From Gemmatimonadales bacterium (GTDB lineage Bacteria > Gemmatimonadota > Gemmatimonadetes > Gemmatimonadales > GWC2-71-9), in contig JBDIWC010000009.1 in assembly GCA_039794085.1 (NCBI GenBank), forward strand, positions 30,412 through 94,411: 64,000 nucleotides of DNA, written 5' to 3'. This document shows positions 10,241 to 19,931 of the stretch, in pieces (positions within the stretch are counted from its first letter, which is position 1; the number at the start of each line of letters is the position of its first letter). The position numbers and the translations under genes are program-made. The notes under the pieces are model-generated. The model did not search any database. It had not been told where the DNA came from and saw nothing but the letters and a program-made list of their open reading frames with translations.

Positions 10241-11134
10241 TCAGGCCACAAGGTCCCGCAGCCGGTCGCCGGTTTCACCTTCCCGAAGTCGGAGAAGAGC
10301 CCGGTCCCGCAGTTGACGGATCCGCTCCCGGGTAACCCCCATCATCCGACCGATCTCCTCGAGGGTGCGGGAATTCCCATCCTCCAGTCCAAAGTAGAGC
10401 CGGAGGACCTTCGCGTCCCGCGGGGGGAGAACAGCCAGGGCGGCATCGATGTCGTGGGTCTGGCTGTTGGCCAGAGCCGAGATGTCGGTTCCCTCCTGAT
10501 CGCCAACCGCAAAGCGCTCGATGCGCTCGTTCCCGTCACCATCCCGGGTCGGATGGTCGAGACGTACCGCCTCGGAGTTGAGCGCACTCAGGCTCCGAAC
10601 CGCCTCCACCGTGAGTCCCGTGGCACGGGCGAGTTCCTCGGTGGTCGGCATCCGTCCAAGCTTCTCCTTGAGCAGGGTGGTGGTCCGTCCGAGCCGACTC
10701 AGGTCCGCCGTCCGGTTCAGAGGGACTCGCACCGGACGCCCATGCCGGGCAATCGCTGCCTGGACGGCCTGACGAATCCACCAGACGGCGTAGGAAATGA
10801 ACTTGACCCCGCGATCGGGGTCGAACTTCCGGGCAGCCGTCATCAGGCCGAGGTTGCCCTCCCCGATCAGGTCGACAAGAGGGACACCACGATTCTGGAA
10901 CTTCTTTGCCACCGAGACGACGAATCGCACATTGTGGCGAGCCAGGCGCTCCTGCGCCGCCACATTGCCGCGGAAGGCCTTCCGCGCGAGTTCCATCTCC
11001 TCCTCGCGGTTGAGGAGAGGCACCCGGCTGATCTCGTCCAGGTACAGATCAAGACTCTCGCGTCCCTCATCCACGGCCCGCGCGATCTGGGCCGGACGGA
11101 CTTCCCGCCGCTTCGAGCGAGGTGTAGGTGCCAC
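10241..11134 (-). CDS. RNA polymerase sigma factor, RpoD/RpoS family, lacking region 1.1
   Basis: LDLYLDEI (1.2), DLIGEGNLGL, KFISYAVWWIRQ (2.3/2.4), TLEEIG...TRERIRQ (4.2). GTG start with GGAGG RBS. Confidence 0.93.
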   Translation of the reverse strand: MAPTPRSKRREVRPAQIARAVDEGRESLDLYLDEISRVPLLNREEEMELARKAFRGNVAAQERLARHNVRFVVSVAKKFQNRGVPLVDLIGEGNLGLMTAARKFDPDRGVKFISYAVWWIRQAVQAAIARHGRPVRVPLNRTADLSRLGRTTTLLKEKLGRMPTTEELARATGLTVEAVRSLSALNSEAVRLDHPTRDGDGNERIERFAVGDQEGTDISALANSQTHDIDAALAVLPPRDAKVLRLYFGLEDGNSRTLEEIGRMMGVTRERIRQLRDRALLRLREGETGDRLRDLVA

Positions 11135-11628
11135 AGGTATTTACCTCCAGGTGCATGAACGCACCGAACAAAGACCGAGAGGGCCAAAACGACCTACAGG
11201 CCCGTAATATAGCATCTAAATCGCTTAAAAACAACGGTTTAGATAACTTCAACATCCAGTTGAGGTTGCATCATCATCGCCCCGACATCTACATTCCTGC
11301 GCGAGGAGACCCCGCATGGAGGGAATACGTCGCGAGCAGTCAAAAGGCGCGTCGTGTTACACAATTGTTACAAACTTCTGTCCAATACTCCGACCTTTTC
11401 CACCACCTGCAATCACCCTTCACCCCAGCTTCACCCGCCGCGATCCCAAGCACCAACGCCTTCAACCTGGCCCAACCTCCCTGCCATTCAGGAGACGCTT
11501 CGGAGCCCCAAAGTCGCACCGGTGGCTTCCAGCGGTGGGATCCGGGGGTCCGAAACAGGCAACCGCTGGCCGAACCTTGGCAGCCGGGCCCTGTGTCGGC
11601 ACCCAGGACATGTTCTATGGTGAGAGAA

Positions 11629-12309
11629 TCAGATGGTGGGGGGAGGAACCGCAGGGAGGTCCTTCGGGGTGGTCTTGAGTCTCGTCGCGTATCCCCCTCC
11701 CCACCGGAGCAGAGAAACGCCGCCGCCAGCCCCGGTCCACCGGACGAGCCCAAACGGCACGTCAGGGCTCAGGGCGAGTTCCCTGGTTCCCGTTTCGCCT
11801 CGCCAGAGATGCAGGTTGATCCGGCGACCCGCGATCTCCATCGAGGAGGCACCCGCCGACTCCAATCCCCGGCAGCTGACGCCGAGAAGGGCGGTGATGG
11901 CGGTTCGCCGACCCGAGAGAGTACTCAACATGGCCCCCGTGAGCCGCATCGCCGGTCCATTTTCCACTTCGAGGATCGCCTCGGCAAGATCGGTCACCGA
12001 GGCCACCGGGTACTGTCGTCCCAGGACCTGTACCGTCACGAGGTGCCCTGCTCCATCGGGACCCGACGACTCGAGGCGCCACAGTCCGGGCGGGGCTTCG
12101 AGCACACCCAGGGTGAGGGTCTCCCCGTCCACGGCCCACTCCACCCAGGTTCCGGCCGGGGGAGGAGTTCGCGGCAGCTGGCACTCCTGTGGTGCCGAAC
12201 CGGACGGAGATCTCGCGCCCTCCGCCCCTCCACCGACACCGGGGCCGGACAGGAGGAGCAGGGCACCCAGAGTGGGGCCCTTCCACCGGGAGCGGGTCCG
12301 GGTCGTCAG
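11629..12309 (-). CDS. Hypothetical exported protein downstream of pntB
   Basis: The ORF-track frame 11629-12144 stays open up to a CTG overlapping the pntB stop; the extension resembles a signal peptide. Start uncertain. Confidence 0.55.
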   Translation of the reverse strand: MTTRTRSRWKGPTLGALLLLSGPGVGGGAEGARSPSGSAPQECQLPRTPPPAGTWVEWAVDGETLTLGVLEAPPGLWRLESSGPDGAGHLVTVQVLGRQYPVASVTDLAEAILEVENGPAMRLTGAMLSTLSGRRTAITALLGVSCRGLESAGASSMEIAGRRINLHLWRGETGTRELALSPDVPFGLVRWTGAGGGVSLLRWGGGYATRLKTTPKDLPAVPPPTI

Positions 12310-13703
12310 AGCGCCTTGACCTCGCTCACCAGCGCCGTCAACGACTTTTTCGCATCCCCGAAAAGCATGGAGGTCTTGGGGTCGTAGAACAGGTCGTTTT
12401 CGATGCCGGCAAAACCCGATCCCATGCCCCGCTTGAGCACGATGGTGCTCCTCGCCATGTCCACATTGAGAATCGGCATGCCGTAGATCGGGCTGGCGGG
12501 GTCGTTCCGCGCGGCGGGGTTTACCACGTCATTGGCCCCGATGACCAGGGCCACGTCGGTGCGCTCGAACTCGCTGTTGATCTGATCCATGTCGAAGAGC
12601 TTGTCGTAGGGCACGTTGGCCTCCGCCAGCAGCACGTTCATGTGTCCCGGCATCCGACCCGCCACGGGGTGGATCGCAAACTTGACCACCCCGCCTCGCT
12701 TTTCGATGAGGTCGGCCAGTTCCCGGACGATGTGCTGAGCCTGGGCCACGGCCAGACCGTATCCCGGGACCACGATCACCTGCTGGGCGAAGGCCAACTG
12801 CACCGCGGCGTCCTCGGCGGACACCTGGCGAACCGTCAGGCCCTCGGCGCTTCGGCCGATCGCTGCGGCGGTTCCTCCCCCAAAGGCGCCGAACAGGACA
12901 TTGGCCAGTGATCGGTTCATGGCCTTGCACATGATCTGGCTCAGGATGATTCCCGAGGAGCCGACCAATGCCCCGGCGATGATCAGCACCTCGTTGCGGA
13001 TGACGAAGCCGGTCATCGCGGCCGCAATCCCTGAATACGAGTTGAGGAGCGAAATGACCACCGGCATGTCGGCCCCGCCGATCGGGATGACCAGCAGGAT
13101 CCCCAGCAGCAGAGCGATGCTCACGACCACCAGGAAGGGCCACAGGACGGGGACGGGGCTGGTGACCTGCACCGCGCCCAGGACCAGGACCGTGAGGAAC
13201 AGGAGAGCGTTGAGCACCTTCTGGGCCGGGAAGGTGATGGGTCGGCCCGTCATCAGCTCCTGCAGCTTGGCGAACGCGATGAGGCTTCCGGTCAGGGTCA
13301 CGGAGCCGATCAGCACGGACAACTGGATCGTGATGTCCACGTCGAGAGGCAGAGCCCGTCCCGACTGCTCCGACCGGAGGAACTCCGCCCCGCCCACCAG
13401 CAGCGAGGCGCCGCCGCCGAGTCCATTGAGAAGGGCCACCATCTGCGGCATGGCTGTCATCCGGACCGTCCGAGCCATCCAGAGGCCGATCCCTCCCCCC
13501 ACCACGATGCCGGCCCCGATGACGCCAAATCCGGCGGGGACGATCTGGTGATCCAGCAATGTGAGCACCATCGCCAGAAGCATTCCCACGCCGGACAGCC
13601 GGTACCCTTGTACCGCGGTCGCGGGAGAGGCCATTCGCTTCAGGCCGACGATGAAGAAGACGGCGGCCAGGAGATATCCCAGTTCGCGCAGGGCGTCCGG
13701 CAT
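12306..13703 (-). CDS. pntB: NAD(P)+ transhydrogenase subunit beta
   Basis: MTAMPQMVALLNG, IGGADMPVVISLLNSYSG, VPGYGLAVAQAQ, HPVAGRMPGHMNVLLAEA, GANDVVNPAA. Confidence 0.97.
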   Translation of the reverse strand: MPDALRELGYLLAAVFFIVGLKRMASPATAVQGYRLSGVGMLLAMVLTLLDHQIVPAGFGVIGAGIVVGGGIGLWMARTVRMTAMPQMVALLNGLGGGASLLVGGAEFLRSEQSGRALPLDVDITIQLSVLIGSVTLTGSLIAFAKLQELMTGRPITFPAQKVLNALLFLTVLVLGAVQVTSPVPVLWPFLVVVSIALLLGILLVIPIGGADMPVVISLLNSYSGIAAAMTGFVIRNEVLIIAGALVGSSGIILSQIMCKAMNRSLANVLFGAFGGGTAAAIGRSAEGLTVRQVSAEDAAVQLAFAQQVIVVPGYGLAVAQAQHIVRELADLIEKRGGVVKFAIHPVAGRMPGHMNVLLAEANVPYDKLFDMDQINSEFERTDVALVIGANDVVNPAARNDPASPIYGMPILNVDMARSTIVLKRGMGSGFAGIENDLFYDPKTSMLFGDAKKSLTALVSEVKAL

Positions 13704-13996
13704 CAGTTGGCCTCCGGCTTTTTCTTGAACATCTGCAGCATGCGGTCGGTTACGGCATACCCCCCCGCGACGTTCATCATCGCGAAGACCACGGCCAGGA
13801 AGCCAAGGACCGTGGAGATCCATCCGAGTCCCGCCCCGGCCACCAGGATGGCCCCGACGATGGTGATTCCGCTGATGGCATTGGCGCCCGACATGAGGGG
13901 CGTATGCAGGGTCGTGGGCACTCGATGAATGAGTTCCACTCCGAGAAAGGTGGTGAGCACGAAGACGACAATACCGGCGATCAGGGCTTCAGCCAT
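13703..13996 (-). CDS. pntAB: NAD(P)+ transhydrogenase subunit alpha, part 2 (membrane)
   Basis: LHTPLMSGANAISG and NVAGGYAVTDRMLQMF. Confidence 0.93.
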   Translation of the reverse strand: MAEALIAGIVVFVLTTFLGVELIHRVPTTLHTPLMSGANAISGITIVGAILVAGAGLGWISTVLGFLAVVFAMMNVAGGYAVTDRMLQMFKKKPEAN

Positions 13997-14001
13997 CGGT
14001 C

Positions 14002-15102
14002 TCAGCTCCCGGTGCGGACGGCCCCGGCGTGCGTGACGCACATGGGGCCGAGGGTGGAATCGTCCAGGTCGATCTTCACGGCGCCGTCCTGGAGCAGGAA
14101 GTCAAGGAAGGTCTGCAGGTTGCGACTGTACATCAGGCTGGCATGGTGGGCGTGCGCGCTGGGCAGGTTGGCGGGACCGATGATGCGAACTCCCGACTCG
14201 ACCACCTCCTCCCCGAATCGCGTGAGTTCACAGTTGCCCCCGGACTCCGCCGCGAGGTCCACGATGACCGATCCCGGCCGCATGCTCCGCACCATGTCGG
14301 CGGTCAGGACCCGGGGGGCCGGCCGGCCCGGAATCTGCGCCGTCGTGAGGACGAGGTCCATGTCCCGGACATGGCGCCCGATCGCCTCGCGCACACGCAG
14401 TTGCTGGTCCTCGGCCAGTTCCTTGGCATAGCCCCCGGTTCCCTCGGCTCCGACCGCCTCCACGTCGAGGAAGGTGGCTCCGAGGCTCATGACCTGTTCC
14501 TTCACGATGGGCCTCACATCGAAGGCCGACACGATGGCGCCGAGCCGCCGGGTGGTCGCAATGGCCTGGAGACCCGCGACCCCGGCTCCCACGATGAAGG
14601 CCTTGGCCGGGGGGAGGGTTCCCGCGGCCGTCACCAGCATGGGCAGGAGCTTGTCGAGGCGCGAGGCCGCGAGCAGCACGGCGGCATACCCGGCCACCGT
14701 GGCCTGAGAGGAGAGGACATCCATCGCCTGGGCCTTGGTGGTTCGGGGCACGAGTTCCATCGCGAAGGACGAGACCCCCCGGGCCGCGAGCGCCTGGAGC
14801 AGGTCGGCCGCGGTCGAGGGCTGGAGCAGCGCGGCCAGGACCGCGCCCGAGGCGAACGCCGCCACCTCCCCCTCCGGTGGTGCCTGCACCTGCAGCACGA
14901 TTTCCGCGCCGAGTGCCTCGGCGCGGGAGGCGACATGAGCACCAGCATCGCGATAGGCCTCGTCGGGAAACGAGGCCGCGAGTCCGGCACCTTCTTCGAT
15001 GATGAGGTCGTGGCCGGCCTTCACCAGCCGAGCCACCGTGGGGGGAACCAGCGCCACGCGGCGTTCATGGGACACCGCTTCCATCGGTACACCGATGCGC
15101 AT
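14002..15102 (-). CDS. pntAA: NAD(P)+ transhydrogenase subunit alpha, part 1 (NAD-binding)
   Basis: ERRVALVP, QAMDVLSSQ, GAGVAGLQA, TTAQIPGRPAP, VDLAAESGGNC. Confidence 0.95.
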   Translation of the reverse strand: MRIGVPMEAVSHERRVALVPPTVARLVKAGHDLIIEEGAGLAASFPDEAYRDAGAHVASRAEALGAEIVLQVQAPPEGEVAAFASGAVLAALLQPSTAADLLQALAARGVSSFAMELVPRTTKAQAMDVLSSQATVAGYAAVLLAASRLDKLLPMLVTAAGTLPPAKAFIVGAGVAGLQAIATTRRLGAIVSAFDVRPIVKEQVMSLGATFLDVEAVGAEGTGGYAKELAEDQQLRVREAIGRHVRDMDLVLTTAQIPGRPAPRVLTADMVRSMRPGSVIVDLAAESGGNCELTRFGEEVVESGVRIIGPANLPSAHAHHASLMYSRNLQTFLDFLLQDGAVKIDLDDSTLGPMCVTHAGAVRTGS

Positions 15103-15237
15103 CAGGTCTCCTTGTTCGTCCAGGGTGCCCGCAATCTATGCAGGGGATGGAGTCGGCAACAGGGCGCACGGCATCCTCACGGGATTCTTCATGCGAATCA
15201 TGGACATCTCTTCACGGATCCCGTATTCTGTACCTTC

Positions 15238-16218
15238 ATGCTCCCCGATTCCCCCCACTCGCCGGCACCGTGTCCCACCCCATTCCCGGCTCCCCTCGGA
15301 GGAGAAACCGTGACCGTTCGGGCTCCGGGATCGATTGGCAACGTGGGACCGGGGCTCGATGTGCTGGGCCTCGCCGTCACCGGACCCGTCGACCTCGTGA
15401 CGCTCGGCCGAACCGACCACGCGGGCCTCGTGGTGATCGACCCCGGTCACCCGGCGCTGCCCCGGGACCCCGAACGGAACACGGCCTCGCTCGCGGTCGC
15501 AGCGGCGTGCCGACTCGCGGGGATCCCGGTCCCGGGCCTCACGGTCCACGTTCGCAAGGGGCTCCCTCTCGCGGGGGGACAGGGGGGAAGCGCCGCCTCG
15601 GCCGCCGCGGGAGCGGTGGCGGCCAACATCCTCCTCGATCTCGCCCTGACCCCATCCCAGCTGGCCGAGGCCGCCCTGGAGGCGGAAACGGTGGTGGCGG
15701 GCCGTCACGCCGACAACGTCGCGCCCTCCCTTCTCGGGGGCCTGGTCCTCATCCGATCCACCGATCCTCTCGACCTCATTTCCCTCCCCATGCCCCCGGC
15801 CCTTCGCTGCGTCCTGGTCCACCCCGACTACACCCTCTTGACGGCGGTTGGCCGCCAGGCGCTCCCGGCCATGGTCTCCCGGGACGACGCCATGGCGCAG
15901 GCCGCCAACGTGGCCGGACTCGTGGCCGGGGCCTGCCTCGGCGATCTCGCGCTCCTCGGGCGGTCCCTCGAGGACCGGATTGCGGAACCGGCCCGCGGCC
16001 CCCTCCTGCCGGGATTCCCCGAAGCGCGTCGCGCGGCCCTCGACGCCGGTGCCCTTGGTTGCTCCATTTCCGGGAGCGGTCCCACGGCCTTCGCCCTGGT
16101 CACCGAGGAGACCGCGGCCCCGGTCCTCTCGGCCATGAGGGACGCGTACACGCGGATGGGTATCGCCTCCGAGGGACGGATCGCCTCCGGCGAACCCCGG
16201 GGCGCCGGACCGGCATGA
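15238..16218 (+). CDS. thrB: Homoserine kinase (GHMP family)
   Basis: APGSIGNVGPGLDVLG, PLAGGQGGSAAS, HADNVAPS, ISGSGPT. Start uncertain (ATG 15238 or GTG 15310). Confidence 0.92.
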   Translation: MLPDSPHSPAPCPTPFPAPLGGETVTVRAPGSIGNVGPGLDVLGLAVTGPVDLVTLGRTDHAGLVVIDPGHPALPRDPERNTASLAVAAACRLAGIPVPGLTVHVRKGLPLAGGQGGSAASAAAGAVAANILLDLALTPSQLAEAALEAETVVAGRHADNVAPSLLGGLVLIRSTDPLDLISLPMPPALRCVLVHPDYTLLTAVGRQALPAMVSRDDAMAQAANVAGLVAGACLGDLALLGRSLEDRIAEPARGPLLPGFPEARRAALDAGALGCSISGSGPTAFALVTEETAAPVLSAMRDAYTRMGIASEGRIASGEPRGAGPA

Positions 16219-17477
16219 GCTTCGAGACGCCACGTCCCCCGTCCTGGGTCGTCTGCCAGGCGTGCGGCGACGAGGACACGATCCTGACACCACACGTCCG
16301 ATGCCGGTCGTGCGGCGGACTCCAGGAAGTGCGGCACCGCGCCCCTGGTCTTCCGGGCCCGTTGCTTCGCGGACTCTTCAACACCCGATGCTGTCACCGG
16401 GGAGACAGCGAGGTGTCCGGGGTGTGGCGTTTCAAGGAACTGATTCTCCCCGGGCTGTCCGAGGAGAACATCGTTCGTTATCCGGAGGGGAACACCCCTC
16501 TCGTGTTTCGCGAACGGCTCGCGGAGAGGGTCGGCGTGGAGGACCTCCGGTGCAAGGTGGAGGGGATGAACCCCACCGGCTCTTTCAAGGATCGTGGGAT
16601 GACGGTGGCCGTGTCCCAGGCGCGAGCGAGCGGGGCCCGAGCCGTGGCTTGCGCGTCCACCGGCAACACGTCCGCTTCCATGGCCACGTACGCCGCCCTG
16701 GCAGGCCTTCCCGCCTTCGTGCTGGTTCCGGCCGGTCAGGTCGCCCCGGCCAAACTGGCCCAGACCGAGGCCACCGGCGCCCACATCATCCCGGTGGAGG
16801 GTGACTTCGACGCGTGTCTGCGCCTGTTGGAGGAGGTGGCTCCCACCGTCGGGGTCCATCTGGTCAACAGCATCAACCCCTTCCGGATCGAGGGCCAGAA
16901 GGCGGTGATGTTCGAGATCCTGCAACAAATGGAATGGGACCCGCCGGAGTGGGTCGCCCTGCCCGCGGGCAACCTTGGCAACACGGCCGCCGTGGGCAAG
17001 GCACTCCTCGAAGCGCGGGCCTGGGGGCTCCTCGATCGACTCCCCCGCCTCCTCGCGGTCCAGGCGGAAGGCGCGGCCCCCTTTGCCGCGGGGTTCGCGG
17101 ACCAGTTTGCCACCCGCCACCGGGTGACGGCCACCACACGGGCCACCGCCATCCGAATCGGGGACCCCGCCTCCTGGGATCGCGCCGCCACGGCGATCAG
17201 GGAAACCCACGGTGAGGTGATCGCCGTGCCGGACGAGGCCATCTTCGAGGCGAAGCGGGAGATCGATCGAGCGGGGATCGGGTGCGAACCTGCCAGCGCC
17301 GCCAGCGTGGCGGGGGTCCGGGTGCTCCGGGCCCGGGGGACCATCGCGGCCGCGGACCGGGTGGTCGCCATCCTGACCGGTCACCTGCTGAAGGACCCCA
17401 CTCCGGACCCGGCCAGGATGACGTCCCTTCCACCGATCCCGGCCACGGCGGAAGCCCTGAGGAGCGCCCTGGCCTGA
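16215..17477 (+). CDS. thrC: Threonine synthase with N-terminal CxxC...CxxC ribbon
   Basis: NPTGSFKDRG (PLP lysine), CASTGNTSAS, NSINPFRIEGQK, EPASAAS. ATGA overlap with thrB. Confidence 0.95.
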   Translation: MSFETPRPPSWVVCQACGDEDTILTPHVRCRSCGGLQEVRHRAPGLPGPLLRGLFNTRCCHRGDSEVSGVWRFKELILPGLSEENIVRYPEGNTPLVFRERLAERVGVEDLRCKVEGMNPTGSFKDRGMTVAVSQARASGARAVACASTGNTSASMATYAALAGLPAFVLVPAGQVAPAKLAQTEATGAHIIPVEGDFDACLRLLEEVAPTVGVHLVNSINPFRIEGQKAVMFEILQQMEWDPPEWVALPAGNLGNTAAVGKALLEARAWGLLDRLPRLLAVQAEGAAPFAAGFADQFATRHRVTATTRATAIRIGDPASWDRAATAIRETHGEVIAVPDEAIFEAKREIDRAGIGCEPASAASVAGVRVLRARGTIAAADRVVAILTGHLLKDPTPDPARMTSLPPIPATAEALRSALA

Positions 17478-17484
17478 ACGGGGC

Positions 17485-17511
17485 GGAGGGGCGGTAGGAC
17501 CCGCCCCTCCG
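17485..17511. terminator. GC-rich hairpin between convergent thrC and peroxiredoxin
   Basis: CGGAGGGGCGG-tagga-CCCGCCCCTCCG region forms a ~11-bp stem. Confidence 0.5.
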
Positions 17512-17519
17512 GGCCCGCC

Positions 17520-18074
17520 CTATTTCCCGGCGATCCGATCGACCGCTTCCTGCAATTCCTGGTAGGCCGTCGGGTCGATTTCCCGGAAGGGACTCATCAC
17601 ATGGGCGATCGTCCCGGTGGAATCGATGACGAACAGCGTCCGGTTGTCGATCTTGCGATCGGGGAGAGCCGCCCCGTACCGGGTACCGATGAGCGCCTCC
17701 GGATCACTCAGGAACCGGAACGGGAAATCCTTCTCCGCCGCCCAGGAGGCCTGGTCCTCGGCTGCGTCCGCACTGATGGCGAGCAGGACCACGTCCTGGC
17801 CGCCGCGAAAGAGCGTGGCGTACTGATCACGGTACGCCTCCATTTGGATGGTTCAGCCCTTGGTGCGCACCCGGTAGAAGAACGCGATCACCACCGTCTG
17901 ACCCTTGAAATCGCTGAGCTTCACGGGGTTCCCCACACCCTCGCGCGTCGAGGAGACCAGGGTGAAATCGGGAGCGGGCGTGCCCACCGCCAGCGGCGTC
18001 AGGGCTTGCGCCACCGCCGGCGGTGCGCCGCCCGCGAGGGCCGTGAGGAGCAGCGCTCCGGTAACACGTTTCAT
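17520..18074 (-). CDS. Exported AhpC/TSA (BCP/PrxQ-like) peroxiredoxin, probable selenoprotein (UGA codon 74 = Sec)
   Basis: Track ORFs 17853-18203 and 17520-17843 share one frame joined by a single TGA (17853-17855): ...[20 protein letters not shown], the TxxC peroxidatic position. Also [25 protein letters not shown] and signal peptide. Confidence 0.85.
17817..17838 (-). promoter_or_regulatory. Candidate bacterial SECIS element
   Basis: mRNA GGCGUAC-CGUGAUCA-GUACGCC, a 7-bp perfect stem starting 14 nt 3' of the UGA, with G at loop position 2. Confidence 0.65.
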
Positions 18075-18248
18075 GAGACCTCCTGGAGAGTGTGGGCAGC
18101 CCCGATGGGGCCATCTGCATCCGCCCCCCGGGACGGACGACCGAAGCTTACTTCCGAGAGCCCTGCGGACGCCAGACCAGCCGCCTCTCAGGTGGGTTCC
18201 CACGCCGACTCGTCACGCCTCGGGGGCCGCCGTGGTATTTTCCTCTCC

Positions 18249-19928
18249 ATGGCGAATTACCAATACATCTACACGATGCAGAACCTGGGGAAGGTGGTCC
18301 CCCCCAGCCGGGAGATTCTCAAGGGGATCCATCTCGCATTCTTCCCCGGTGCCAAGATCGGGGTTCTGGGCTCCAACGGTGCCGGCAAAAGCACTCTGCT
18401 CCGCATCATGGCGGGTGTCGACCAGGACTTTCTCGGTCATGCCCGTCCGGCAGATGGGGTCCGGATCGGATATCTGCCCCAGGAGCCGTCCCTTGATCCC
18501 ACCCTGACGGTACGGGAAAACGTCGAAACGGCCGTCGCCCCGATCCGGGCGCTTCTGACCGAGTTCGAAACGATCAGTGCCCGGTTTGCCGAGCCGATGG
18601 ACGAGGAGACGATGAACGCCCTGATCGAGGAGCAGGGCGAGGTACAGACCCGGATCGAGGCGGCGGACGCGTGGGATCTCGACCGCAAGATCGACATCGC
18701 CATGGATGCCCTGCGGCTCCCTCCCGGCGAGGCGAGCGTGGCGCCACTTTCGGGAGGAGAACGGAGACGGGTGGCCCTCTGCCGGGTGCTCCTCGAGCAG
18801 CCCGACCTGCTGCTTCTCGACGAGCCGACCAACCACCTCGATGCCGAATCGGTGGCGTGGCTGGAGCGTCATCTCGCGGAATTCCCCGGCACGGTCGTCG
18901 CCGTGACCCACGATCGGTATTTCCTCGACAACGTGGCCGGGTGGATTCTCGAACTGGACCGGGGAGAGGGAATCCCCTGGGAAGGAAACTATTCCTCGTG
19001 GCTGGAGCAGAAGGAGCGGCGCCTGGCCCTGGAGGAGAAGCAGGAGTCGACCCGCCGCCGCACCCTGGCCCGCGAACTGGAGTGGGTCCGGATGTCACCC
19101 CGGGCGCGCCAGGCCAAGTCGAAGGCACGTCTCCAGGCGTATGACGCGCTGGTGGCCGATGAAACGGCGGCCCGGGAGGCCGGGGCGGAGATCCTCATCC
19201 CCCCGGCCCCGCGCCTGGGAGAAGAGGTCGTGATCGCCCGGGATGTGGCGAAGGGATTCGACGACCGCCTGCTCTTCGACGGACTCGACTTCGCTCTCCC
19301 GCGCGGGGGGATCGTGGGAGTCATCGGCCCGAACGGCAGCGGCAAGACCACGCTCTTTCGGATGATCATGGGCCAGGAGGAACCGGATGCCGGTACCTTG
19401 ACCGTGGGGAGCACGGTCCAACCCGCCTATGTCGACCAGTCCCGGGACGCGCTGGATCCGGATCGCACCGTCTTCGAGGAGATCTCCGGGGGCCATGAGT
19501 TCCTCGAATTCGGCACCCGGTCGGTGAATGCCCGCGCCTACGCGGCCGGTTTCGGATTTCGGGGAGCGGATCAACAGAAGCGCGTGGGGAACCTCTCCGG
19601 CGGAGAGCGGAACCGCCTGCATCTGGCGCGGCTGCTGCGGACCGGTGGCAACCTGCTGCTCCTCGACGAACCGACCAATGACCTCGATGTGGACACGCTT
19701 CGTGCCCTGGAGGATGCGCTCCTCCGGTTCTCCGGATGTGCGGTCGTGATCAGCCACGACCGGTGGTTTCTGGACCGGATCGCCACTCACATCCTGGCGT
19801 TCGAGGGCAACAGCGAGGTGGTGTGGTATGAGGGGAACTATCAGGATTACGCCGCCGATTACCACCGGCGCAAGGGGGGCAGCGCCGATCGTCCCCATCG
19901 GATCAAGTACCGGAAGCTGGTGCACTGA
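18249..19928 (+). CDS. ettA: Energy-dependent translational throttle protein (ABC-F)
   Basis: [10 protein letters not shown]...[17 protein letters not shown], two ABC domains, [19 protein letters not shown]-terminal PHRIKYRKL. Confidence 0.96.
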   Translation: MANYQYIYTMQNLGKVVPPSREILKGIHLAFFPGAKIGVLGSNGAGKSTLLRIMAGVDQDFLGHARPADGVRIGYLPQEPSLDPTLTVRENVETAVAPIRALLTEFETISARFAEPMDEETMNALIEEQGEVQTRIEAADAWDLDRKIDIAMDALRLPPGEASVAPLSGGERRRVALCRVLLEQPDLLLLDEPTNHLDAESVAWLERHLAEFPGTVVAVTHDRYFLDNVAGWILELDRGEGIPWEGNYSSWLEQKERRLALEEKQESTRRRTLARELEWVRMSPRARQAKSKARLQAYDALVADETAAREAGAEILIPPAPRLGEEVVIARDVAKGFDDRLLFDGLDFALPRGGIVGVIGPNGSGKTTLFRMIMGQEEPDAGTLTVGSTVQPAYVDQSRDALDPDRTVFEEISGGHEFLEFGTRSVNARAYAAGFGFRGADQQKRVGNLSGGERNRLHLARLLRTGGNLLLLDEPTNDLDVDTLRALEDALLRFSGCAVVISHDRWFLDRIATHILAFEGNSEVVWYEGNYQDYAADYHRRKGGSADRPHRIKYRKLVH

Positions 19929-19931
19929 ATC

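Noticed and set aside
11480..11620. Possible 6S RNA or ribozyme (hairpin CCAGCGGT...ACCGCTGG containing GAAAC)
   Set aside because: No CUGAnGA hammerhead core and no recognisable 6S features; needs an Rfam search.
17520..18203. Two separate small ORFs or a peroxiredoxin pseudogene
   Set aside because: Same frame, a single TGA at the catalytic position and a downstream hairpin; Sec readthrough is the simpler explanation.
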